From Octopus vulgaris (Eukaryota): 64,000 bases of DNA. The notes under the pieces were generated by a model. That model was not told the origin of the DNA. It saw nothing but the letters and a program-made list of their open reading frames with translations, and did not search any database. The position numbers and the translations under genes were made by a program. Numbering within the stretch: the stretch's first letter is position 1; every line of letters begins with the position of its first letter. The stretch covers positions 12,276,001 through 12,340,000 of the forward strand of contig OX597823.1 of NCBI GenBank assembly GCA_951406725.2. Direction: 5' to 3'. This document shows, piece by piece, positions 52,853 through 64,000 of the stretch.

Positions 52853-53399
52853 GCTTCCTAGAAGTCGTTGTTAATTTCGAGAAACTCAAATACTTGACTG
52901 GTCCCTTTTTTCGTATTGTCCCCTGAAAGCTGAATGTCAAGCTATTCCAGTGAGATTGAAATATGCAGAACATCAATCATGACTTGACTTTGCATTCGAT
53001 TTAATCAATCTCCCCATATACAGTTAGAATTTTGCTTTATTGTTTCTTCGAAGATGAAAGCAACGTTCTCCCTTATATGAGGATTGAAATGAAAGCAAAA
53101 AGAGACCTCGCATACAACATGTATTGTGAGGCATTCTTAACTTTCTGCCTCTCATATTGAATAATAATAAGAAACAATATGCCAACGACCGTGGTTCTCA
53201 TCAACGACCTCAACTGCAACAACGATGCATGCAATGGAGGTGCCACTACATAGCTACACTATATGCTGGAAATGAATGAAATCGCAACCGAATATTTTTA
53301 CAGATTACACCCTACCACCTTAAAAAACGAAAGGATACATTGATTTGTCCAAAATGGCTGTTCTGTGGCTAAACAATAGCAACGTTAATAACAAGAACT

Positions 53400-53409
53400 G
53401 CTGCTACTG

Positions 53410-53440
<31 letters not shown>

Positions 53441-53444
53441 CAGC

Positions 53445-53475
<31 letters not shown>

Positions 53476-53528
53476 CCACCACCACCACTACTACCACCAC
53501 CACCACCACCACCACCACCACCACCACC

Positions 53529-53573
<45 letters not shown>

Positions 53574-53574
53574 G

Positions 53575-53615
<41 letters not shown>

Positions 53616-53618
53616 ATT
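53400..53618. repeat. Symmetric (TGC)/(TAC)/(CAC)/(TAC)/(TGC) trinucleotide tract
   Basis: Direct reading; similar tracts at 52550-52852 and 61064-61190. Confidence 0.95.
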
Positions 53619-53646
53619 GATGCTTCTGCCTCTACTAAACGGAAAG

Positions 53647-54022
53647 TGGAGGAGTAATGGCCCAATGGTGCGGGCAGCGAACTCGTAGTCTTAGGGTTGC
53701 GGTTTTGATTCCCAGACCGGGCGTTTTGAGTGTTTATTGAGCGAAAACACCTAAAGCTCCACGAGGCTCCGGCAGGGGATGGGGGTGAACCCTGCTGTAC
53801 TCTTTCACCACAACTTTCTCTCACTCTTTCTTCCTGTTTCTGTTGCACCTGAATTTTAAAGTGCCGGCCTTGTCACACCCTGTGTCACGCTGAATCTCCC
53901 CGAGAACTACGTTAAGGGTACACGTGTCTGTGAAGTACTCAGCCATTTTCACGTTAATTTCACGAGCAGGCTGTTCCGTTGATCGGATTAACTGGAAGAC
54001 TCGTCGTCTTAACCGACGAAGT
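53647..54022 (+). mobile_element. SINE family B
   Basis: Matches 23668-24052 but is more diverged. Confidence 0.88.
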
Positions 54023-54361
54023 GACATAACTAAACGGAGAGCTTTCAGAAATCGGAAATAAATGATGTTATCCAACGAATACGGAAATATTAGAACAGGC
54101 TAGACACTTGAATTAAAGCATGAAATACATATACACAATATACTTGTATCTACAAAGAAATGTTATGCATAAATACAACAAAAGAAACACACAAACACGC
54201 ACACGTATACTTTGCTGATTATAAATACATGTAATTACGTACGTAATATTTTGTCAAATAACCACCTGCTTATATTCCATTTCCACATTCGTATCCAATA
54301 GTATCTTGAAGATACTGAAGTAGCAAATAAATGAAGTAGCAAGTAAATGCAAACGAATGAT

Positions 54362-54539
54362 AGGCGTTGGAGTGACTGTGTGGTATGTAGCTTGCCTACC
54401 AACCACATGGTTCCGGTTTCAGTCCCACTGCGTGGCACCTTGGGCAAGTGTTTTCTACTATAGCATCGGACCGACCAAAGCTTTGTGAGTGGATTTGGTA
54501 GATTGAAACTGAAAGAATCCCGTCGTATATATGTATATT

Positions 54540-54574
<35 letters not shown>

Positions 54575-54793
54575 ATATGTTTGTGTGTCTGTGTTTGTCC
54601 CCCCCCCCAACATCGCTTGACAACCGATGCTGGTGTGTTTACATCCCCGTAACCTAGCGGTTCGGCAAAAGAGTCCGATAGAATAAGTACTAGGCTTACA
54701 AAGAATAAGTCCTGTGGTAGATTTGGTCGAGCAAAGGCGGTGCTCCAGCATGGCCACAGTCACATGACTGAAACAAGTAAAAGAGTAAAAGAA
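54362..54793 (+). mobile_element. SINE family A, full length
   Basis: Head, central microsatellite and tail present. Confidence 0.9.
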
Positions 54794-55779
54794 TAATCGC
54801 CAATACGCCAAAAATGGAAAGAATAAAGGGTTGTTTTTCTATAGTAGCGCATCAATCAATTGGTAATACATATCAAATGTAAACAGACTATTAGTTATAT
54901 TTTTCATCAGCAAAAGTTGAGTAATTAAAAAAAAGAGATAATGCTGGAAATATCAAAAAACGAAGTCTCGAATATAAATTAATCACCTCCGAAGAGGAGT
55001 TAAAATTTGCTAGTGAAAAACCTTAATCATCTGAAGGGAATAGCCGAAAACATTATAAATTTATAAATACTGTATAAATAATGTATAAATACTGCTGAAA
55101 TTCATTAGCGGTCCACAGAAAGGAGCTGAATAGTAATTTAATATAAGCCACAGAAGATGCATTTCATATGGATTTATACCAGAGAAAGATCTGGAGTAAC
55201 AAATGAGTTTAACTCAATTTCAATGTAGTGAAAATAAATTTGCATTGAATATTTATGGTTAATTTGAAAATGTGATAAAACAGCTTCAAGATAAAGTCCC
55301 AGCAAATGACTTGATTGTTAGCTATCAGTATAAAAGTTTTGCTTTTTATTTGTAAAGTCATATCTGGTAAAATATTAATATATTTCGTTTCAAATTTTGG
55401 GACAAGGAAGGCTAGTACTTCTACGAGGTGGATAGGTTGATTATATCAATGTCAGCACTCAACTGGTACTTGTTTTATCGACCCCGAAAGTATGAAAAAC
55501 AAAGTCAACCTTGGAGGAATTTGAACTCAAAACGTAAAGACGAAATACCAGAGAGAATTTTTGCCGGTGTGCTAACGATTCACATATTAATATATTAAGC
55601 TGACTGGTATTAACAGTAAAAATTCTAACATCAAAGGACACATGGCAAAGAACAAGCGGCTAATTGCATGTTAAATTCTAAGATATAATGAGCATAGAAT
55701 ATTTCAGAGCCTGTTCTTTCAGAGTCATTGCGGTAGTCACATAGTCGTTACAGTCTACCAAAGAGCGAGGAACAGAATA

Positions 55780-56555
55780 TATTTCTTTACTACCCACAAG
55801 GGGCTAAACACAGAGGGGACAAACAAGGACAGACAAACGGATTAAGACGATTATATCGACCCCAGTGCGTAACTAGTACTTAATTTATCGACCCCGAAAG
55901 GATGAAAGGCAAAGTCGACCTCGGCGGAATTTGAACTCAGAACGTAGCGGCAGACGAAATGCCTATTTCTTTATTACCCACAAGGGGCTAAACACAGAGG
56001 GGACAAACAAGGACAGACAAAGGGATTAAGACGATTACATCGACCCCAGTGCGTAATTGGTACTTTATTTATCGTCCTCGAAAGGATGAAAGGCAAAGTC
56101 GACCTCGGCGGAATTTGAACTCAGAACGTAGCGGCAGACGAAATACCTATTTCTTTATTACCCACAAGGGGCTAAACACAGAGGGGACAAACAAGGACAG
56201 ACAAAGGGATTAAGTCGATTATATCGACTCCAGTGCGTAACTGGTACTTAATTTATCGACCCCGAAAGGATGAAAGGCAAAGTCGATCTCGGCGGAATTT
56301 GAACTCAGAACGCAGCGGCGGACGAAATACCTGTTTCTTTATTACCCACAAGGGGCTAAACATAGAGGGGACAAATAAGGACAGACAAACGGATTAAGTC
56401 GATTACATCGACCCCAGTGCGTAACTGGTACTTAATTTATCGACCCCGAAAGGATGAAAGGCAAAGTCGACCTCGGCAGAATTTGAACTCAGAACGTAGC
56501 GGCAGACGAAATACCACAAAGCATTTCGTCCGGCGTGCTAACGTTTCTGCCAGCT
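55780..56555 (-). mobile_element. SINE family C concatemer: one head + 4 x 184-bp body
   Basis: Units start at 55780, 55964, 56148 and 56332; the single head is at ~56512-56555. Confidence 0.92.
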
Positions 56556-57540
56556 TATGTTAAGCAGCTACTAATAAGCAAAGTGACGGAGGAGAAAGAC
56601 TTTGGTTATTGTCTGGCTGGATTATCCGAATGTTCCTCATCTAAGGCACTTTGGCATATGACTTGCTAAAGTTCAAGGGACGACGTCATAGAAAGATGGT
56701 TTAACGTTAGTCTGACCAACCTGATGTGAAATCCAGAAAATGATTGGATTTTCTTTCAGATAAATTATTGCAGAAATATAGTTCAAGCAGACAGTCTCCT
56801 GCTCTGTAATGTTTATAATGCTTATCCTATCAGTGAACTCTTATCATTTTGTTAAGGAAGTCTGAAGTGTATGTGCTTGGCTCAGCGGAAGTCAGAAACA
56901 CCAATCTGACAGATAACCTCTATACGAAAAAAATAGACATATATACAAAATATTTCAGAGATACGTAAAACCATGCTGACCTGATTAACATTTTTATTCG
57001 ATATAGAGAAATCTACAGTTAATACACTCAGACAGAAAGTTTGGATTTATAGCTGTGCACTTCAGTATATAACGAACTGCTTTATTGCTAATCTTGAATA
57101 TCTCAGTTTCACAAAACCAAAATGGTCGTAACTAACTAAACATTTAGAACTAGAAGCCATTAAAAGAACTATAAAAATGCATCAAAAACATTCAAAAAGC
57201 TTAGCTTATAGTACACACATGTACACACTATCGTATGTACGTGTACACGAATGTAGACATTCATATTCATGCAGGAAATGTCACCTAAACATGTACGCAT
57301 GCGTAAATGCAAACGTATGCACTCATTTCATTGATGCCCATACTGCTTTAGTAGACAATTCCATGTGTCCCATTATCATCCATGAATAGGTAGATATTAT
57401 ATACATCCATACATCCATACAAACACACACACATGTATGAACCAATATGTAGTTTGAAAATGCAGATGTATATGATCATGTAATATGCACATTGCAGCGA
57501 ACTCAAGTTTAGAGCCCTCGCAATGTTTTAGAAACCTCTA

Positions 57541-57773
57541 AAGGCGGTGAACTGGCAGAATCGTTAGCACGCCGGGCGAAATGCGTAGCCGTATTTCGTC
57601 TGCCGCTACGTTCTGAGTTCAAATTCCGCCGAGGTCGCCTTTGCCTTTCATCCTTTCGGGGTCGATAAATTAAGTACCAGTTACGCACTGGGGTCGATCT
57701 AATCGACTTAATCCCTTTGTCTGTCCTTGTTTGTCCCCTCTGTGTTTAGCCCCTTGTGGGTAGTAAAGAAATA
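57541..57773 (+). mobile_element. SINE family C, monomer
   Basis: AAGGCGGTGAACTGGCAGAATCGTTAGC...GAGTTCAAATTCC...GGGTAGTAAAGAAATA; TSD AGAAACCTCTA. Confidence 0.92.
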
Positions 57774-58038
57774 AGAAACCTCTATTTTACTCCTGGTCGG
57801 TTGTATTCGGTGTACGTGAGACGGTTTTTTTTTAATATGACACTGACTTTGATGCATTTATGTAAGTCTGTTGTTATATAACCCAGTGCATTTATGGAAA
57901 TAAGTACAAAAGAAAATCTATAGATTGGTAGTCTTTGAAATTTAAATTTTCCCGAGAGAAGCTTAATTATCGAGTAGATAATGGCTTATTAGCAACTATT
58001 CATTGATTCTAGAAAAATCTGATCAGGTACCTGGCTCC

Positions 58039-58113
<75 letters not shown>

Positions 58114-58115
58114 TT

Positions 58116-58149
<34 letters not shown>

Positions 58150-58157
58150 TATATATG

Positions 58158-58209
<52 letters not shown>

Positions 58210-59107
58210 CGTGTGTGCGTGTTTGAAAGAGAGAGAGAGAAGAGACATAATATATAAAAGTGATAAGGAAATCAAGTGTAGCTGTCGTTCACCTAATTAT
58301 CCACACAATATATATATAGAGATAGATAGATATAGATATATAGATATATATATATGCATATACACATGTATGTATGCGTATACGTGTGCATTTGAATGTG
58401 CATGTGTGTGTGTGTGTGTGTGTGTTTAATTGCTTACTTAGCAGGGATAAATCAGACCAAACTAATATCAATCATTTTACGTTTGGGATTTCAGAGCTTC
58501 ATAAAATTTATTCCAACTACATTGATGGTCGAAATGCAATGAAGTACTTACCATCCTGCATCGAAGCTCGTCTTTTGCTTAGCTCTATGCAGTGCTAGGT
58601 ATGTTACCTACCAGCCTTGAAATGATTATTTGCTTTATCAGTATTTGCCGTTTGGTTTCACAGAAGTGTTATTGCGTTATCAAACATCAGCTACGAACTA
58701 AAACCTCTGACATTTCCAATGTTAAAGCTTCCCCACCGCCCACTTTCTCCTAATATACTCTTACTAATATTCAGTTTCACTTAGACGCAAGGGATTTAAA
58801 AGCTTCCATTTCATCTTTAATTCATATAATTTCGTAATTTTAGTTTGCGCTTAGCTTTATCCTTTTCTCTCAGGATAAATGTATTTCAGCAACATTTTCC
58901 ACTTCAGTTTGAAGACAGATATTGTCGAAATACAATGATATATGAGATACATAAGAGTGATTTTTCTTTTAATGTATATATAGTATTACGGTGTAAGCGC
59001 AGTAAAACCAAATGGTTTACAAGTTCACCTCACAGCTATAACGTCCCGAATTCAATCCTAATTCATGGAATCTTGGGAAAAATAAATTCCATATTCTTTC
59101 TACTCAA

Positions 59108-59716
59108 ACGAAATACCTATTTCTTTACTACGCACAAGGGGCTAAACACAGATAGGACAAACAAGGACAGACAAAGGGATTAAGTCGATTACATCGACAC
59201 CAGTGCGTAACTGGTACTTATTTAATCGACCCCAAAGGGATGAAAGGCAAAGTCGACCTCGGCGGAATTTGAACTCAGAACGTAGCGGCAGACGAAATAC
59301 CTATTTCTTTACTACCCACAAGGGGCTAAACACAGAGAGGACAAACAAGGACAGACAAACGGATTAAGTCGATTACATCGACCCCAGTGCGTAACTGATA
59401 CTTATTTAATCGACCCCAAAGGGATGAAAGGCAAAGTCGACCTCGGCGGAATTTGAACTCAGAACGTAGCGGCAGACGAAATACCTATTTCTTTACTACC
59501 CACAAGGGGCTAAACAAAGAGAGGACAAACAAGGACAGACAAACGGATTAAGTCGATTACATCGACCCCAGTGCGTAACTGGTACTTAATTCATCGGCTC
59601 CGAAAGGATGAAAGGCAAAGTCGACCTCGGCGGAATTTGAACGCAGAACGTAAAGACAGACGAAATACTGCTAAGCATTTTGCCCGGCGTGCTAACGTTT
59701 CTGCCAGCTCGCCGTC
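59108..59716 (-). mobile_element. SINE family C concatemer: one head + 3 x 184-bp body (a variant monomer follows at 59735-59946)
   Basis: Units start at 59118, 59302 and 59486; same junction as the 55780 array. Confidence 0.92.
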
Positions 59717-60084
59717 TTGGAAACAAGTGTATATTCCTTTCTACTCGAGGCACAAAGCCATAATTTTGGGGGTATGGTGCCAGTCGATTAGGTCGACCCC
59801 AGTACGCAACTGGCACTTAATTTACCGACCCTCGAAAGGATGAAAGGCAAAGTCGACCTCGGCAGAATTTGAACGCAGAACGTAAAGACAGACGGAGTAC
59901 CGCTAAGCATTTTGCCTGGCGTGCTAACGTTTCTGCCAGCTCACCACATTAATCCGGAATTGACATTGTATGTCTTCTACCCGGATTCAGCAGATTAATG
60001 TATCAATCAAATACTGGGATCGATTTATTCAGCTAAACCCTACAAGGGCATGACTGAGAGGTTCTGTATATCGTTTTTCTTCTA

Positions 60085-60475
60085 ACTTTTACTTATTTCA
60101 TTCATTTTAACTGCGGCCATGCCGGGGCACAGCCTTTCAGGACTTTCTAGTCGAATAAATCACCCCAAAGACTTATGTTCTTAAAGCTGAGTACTTTTTC
60201 TGTCGGAATCTTTTATCGAACCACTAAGTTATGGGCATAAACACATAAACACCAGTCGTCAAGCGGTGATGGGGGACAAATACAGACAGAAAGACACACA
60301 AACATACACAAGCGCACACACTCACACATGTATGTATGTATGTATACGACAGGCTTCTTTCAGTTTCCGTCTACCAAATCCATTCACAAAGCTGTGGTTT
60401 GCCGAGGCTTTGGTAGAAAAACTCTCCCAAGGTGCCACACAGTGGTACTGAACCCGGAATCATGTGGTTGAGAAG
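60085..60475 (-). mobile_element. SINE family A, degenerate
   Basis: CTGCGGCCATGC...GGCTTCTTTCAGTTTCCGTCTACCAAATCC...CATGTGGTTG. Confidence 0.8.
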
Positions 60476-60479
60476 CACC

Positions 60480-60511
<32 letters not shown>

Positions 60512-60667
60512 ATACAAAATGGGACAAGAACGCAAAACATCCGGACAGCTAGGTGATACAAAAGGGGACAAGAAAACATTCAGATAGACGATACAAAAAA
60601 CAAGGACGGGTCATTCGAAGCTTCCTATCCTCAGTCAAGAACTGGATCATCCTCGTAATTTCGGCTG

Positions 60668-60715
<48 letters not shown>

Positions 60716-61191
60716 TATCTATGAATAAATATACATAATTATATCTATAAATAGATATAATTATGCAAGTATGTATATATGTTATTTCGTGCCTGTGTGT
60801 TTATGTGGATAGGTTGTGCCTGTGGTCAGGGTGGTCAGGTGACGAACCTCGGTCATAGATGTGGTGGTGTTAGTGGTGGTGGTGTGGGAACAGTGGATTA
60901 AAGTATTACTATGCTTGATATGCTCGTCGATCTCTGAATGTTGAAAATGAAAATCAGTCACGAAGAGTATAGGTTCAGAAACTTAAGAGGCGTCACTAAA
61001 CGCACCTCTCAGGTTCAGTCAAAAAGAGATCCTTCCTATTATCGTAAAAAGGAAAAAAATGTTGCCGCCGCCGCCACCACCGCCGCCACCACCACCACCA
61101 CCACCACCACCACCATTACCACCACCACCACCATTACCACCACCACCACCACCACCACCACCACCACCACTACCACAACGACAACAACAAT

Positions 61192-61585
61192 GGAAGAAGA
61201 TTCCTGTCTCTTTCCAGCTATCTTTTTGTCATTTGACGGCCTATCTTTTTGTTTTTATTAAAAAGTCAGTGTTGTTTGCTATATTGTGTGTAAACAACCG
61301 ATGGAGTGGTCACTACTGGAAATTCTGTCAGCCACACGTCTGCTCGATCAGAGTCGACTTGGTGTTAAACAATAAAAAACGGAAGAAGATTCTCGGCTCT
61401 TTCCAGCTATCCGTTGTCATTTGGCCGGTTCGAAATTTTGACCAAATTTCTTTCAAACCGCAGCCTATGGGTTTTTTTTTTAAATAGTCAGTGCTATTTG
61501 CTATATTATGTGTAAATAACTGATGGACTGGAAATTTCCTTTAGTCACACGTCTGTTCGATCAGAGTCGACTTGGTGTTAAACAA
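61192..61585. repeat. Diverged ~190-bp tandem duplication
   Basis: GGAAGAAGATTC...CACACGTCTG.TCGATCAGAGTCGACTTGGTGTTAAACAA occurs at 61192-61372 and 61381-61585. Confidence 0.8.
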
Positions 61586-62732
61586 CAACAACGACGGCTA
61601 TATCAAACACAAGATCAACGACAACAACCTTCGACTATATCAATAGTGATAGAATACGGAGGACAGTAATGAAACCCATAACAATGCAGATGAAAGAGAA
61701 GAAAATATTGAATATTTCGTTCGGCTTTAATAATTCCCAATTGTTAACAGAAAATGTAATGAAATGTAAAAAAATATTTTAAAAAATATATGCAAGCCAT
61801 TATAATATACGCTGGCGAAGCAGAGAGCGTGGACGAGGTATGACATTAAAATCAGCCAATTACCTTTTGACAGTCTTGGTGGCTGTTCATTTACGGTTTT
61901 ACATGTTTGATGAAGAGCTTTTTCTTTATTCTATTGTCTTTTATTTTGAAAAAAATTTTTTGTTTGCAAGTATTCGTTGTTTCTAATGAAGGTGTTCGAA
62001 CAAACTATAATCTCTGCAATTGTTCTGCTTTTTGTAACTTGACGCTTTCGCGTATACATATTCAATATGAAGAACAACGAAAGCAATATTCAGTAACAAG
62101 GACAAAAGCAAGCAAAAAGAGAAAGAACAGAAGTTAACAAAATGGCGTTTAAACGTTATCTTGTTTGAACGTTAAGATGTTTTGTAAGGTTGTGTAATCT
62201 GTTGTGTATTGTATGGAGTAATCGTAGAAAATCGCCACGCCTTCTACGTGTTTTTGTCTTCTTCATTCTTTCTATTATTAATACAAATAAGAGCAGCATT
62301 GACTGCCAAAACAATAAAATCAAGAACGAAACAAGAGAAGCTACGCAATAACAATAATTGTCTCTGTGCTGATCACAAGGGCAACAAAAGAACTGAAAAG
62401 AACTACAATATGGGCATTACAAATGTTAGAGGTGCATATATACAAAATACATGCATACGCACACATGGGATCGCATGAGAGCACACACACACACACACAC
62501 ATACATATATAGAGATTTGTTCAAGCATATGTATGCATATATATGTATGTGTATATATATCTATTTCTATATACATAAATACATACACAATCCCATACAC
62601 ACATATATATAGATTTGTTCAAGCATATGTATGTTTGTAGATATGTATGCATATATATGTATATATATATATGTGTGTATTTAAATATATTTATATATAT
62701 ATATATAAATACACACACACACATACACACAG

Positions 62733-62778
<46 letters not shown>

Positions 62779-63546
62779 ACATATATGCCGCAGTGCTTTC
62801 TTCTATAGAAGAAAGTTACCCATAAGTAGTGTGAATCAAAACCTAAAGAAAATTTATGCATTCTAAAAACCTCGACTACTTTCTGCTCATGTCTGCTTCC
62901 TCTGCGCCCTCTGCTCCCCTTTCCTGAATGCAAATTTTCTGACAGAATTCAATGATTTCCTACGTACTAATGCTGCCTCTCTCAACTCCTTATTCACGAA
63001 ATTTACTTAAAAGCCGTCCGTCCCCCGCTTCATTCTGACATTGAAACTTGGAAATATATGCGAGGACCTTGTTGAAGTTATAGAATTACGTCCTGAACCC
63101 CTTTTAGTGGCGTTCATTATGTAACATCCTTAGTTGAAGTCACTAAACAGATGAAAAGTGCTATAACACATTCCACTCACCATGAACGGTTATTAGCGTC
63201 ATGAATCCACTATATAAGTGTATCTGTGTGCTAAGAGAATATTTTTTCCATTGTATTATAGAACTGAAGCTGTCGTGTGTTGGGCTTTACCCAGAAGAAT
63301 AATCTTTCAGAATGAGTGTATTATGGATAGCACTTACTATACAATAATTATTATTATAGGTACTGTTTTCGCTTTCATGACTCACACGCCGTTTCATCAT
63401 CTTCCGAGTACTGTTTTGATCAGAAGGACTCGAGATCTCAATCAAAGTACAACCATTCATTATAATCATGGTCATTCATTCTTTATAATCCTAGCTGGAG
63501 CGTGTGCCTTGGTCGACTAGTCAACTTCTGTAGGTATGTTCCAAGC

Positions 63547-63780
63547 AAGGCGGCGAGCTGGCAGAAACGTTAGCACGCCGGGCGAAATGCGTAGCCGTAT
63601 TTCGTCTGCCGTTACGTTCTGCGTTCAAATTCCGCCGAGGTCCACTTTCCCTTTCATCCTTTCGGGGTCGATAAATTAAGTACCAGTTACGCACTGGGGT
63701 CGATGTAATCGACTTAATCCGTTTGTCTGTCCTTGTTTGTCCTCTCTCTGATTAGCCCCTTGTGGGTAGTTAAGAAATAG
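63547..63780 (+). mobile_element. SINE family C, monomer
   Basis: Full head and body; TSD TAGGTATGT(T/C)CCAAGC. Confidence 0.92.
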
Positions 63781-64000
63781 GTATGTCCCAAGCGATTGTG
63801 CTAAATCATTGTCGTATACCGTGTTTATATCACTAACCCGTTTATATACAGAAATGCAGACATAGCTGCCGATACGATCAAACCAATAAATACACCCGAA
63901 TTTTTCAAGGAGTGAACATTCGAATTTCATGCATTTCTACTAGTTGCCTATTCAGCATTTGTTGTTAGCATCTTTTTATAAAGATTCTCAGTTTGCAATC

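Noticed and set aside
55780-56555. CRISPR array or tRNA gene cluster
   Set aside because: Units are 184-bp SINE bodies with no spacers and no complete cloverleaf.
61850-62150. Promoter (CCAAT at ~61856, YY1-like AAAATGGCG at ~62140)
   Set aside because: Short motifs expected by chance, with no linked exon identified.

Overview
AT-rich eukaryotic genomic DNA, extremely rich in microsatellites and SINEs. The SINE families, repeat density and TTAGGG-type repeats point to an octopus/cephalopod genome (inference). Most ORF-track entries are microsatellite or SINE artefacts. The one well-supported host coding segment is the terminal exon of an ankyrin-repeat gene (24296-25461, +); a few weaker candidate exons lie on the minus strand. 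Mobile elements include a 5'-truncated but uninterrupted R4/Dong-type RLE LINE inserted in (AAT)n, a ~550-bp non-coding element that also targets (AAT)n, and decayed L1/Tx1, Penelope-like, RTE, mariner and probable hAT elements. There are also non-autonomous Helitrons, a fold-back MITE with telomere-like repeats and three tRNA-derived SINE groups. The most striking signal is a set of Penelope-type minimal hammerhead ribozyme motifs from three unrelated sequence families. Two of these form long fold-back hairpins (13.2-13.4 kb and 14.0-14.5 kb) carrying a hammerhead on both strands with a shared variant core (CCGANGA). All folds and translations were done by eye. No rRNA, true tRNA gene or CRISPR array was seen.
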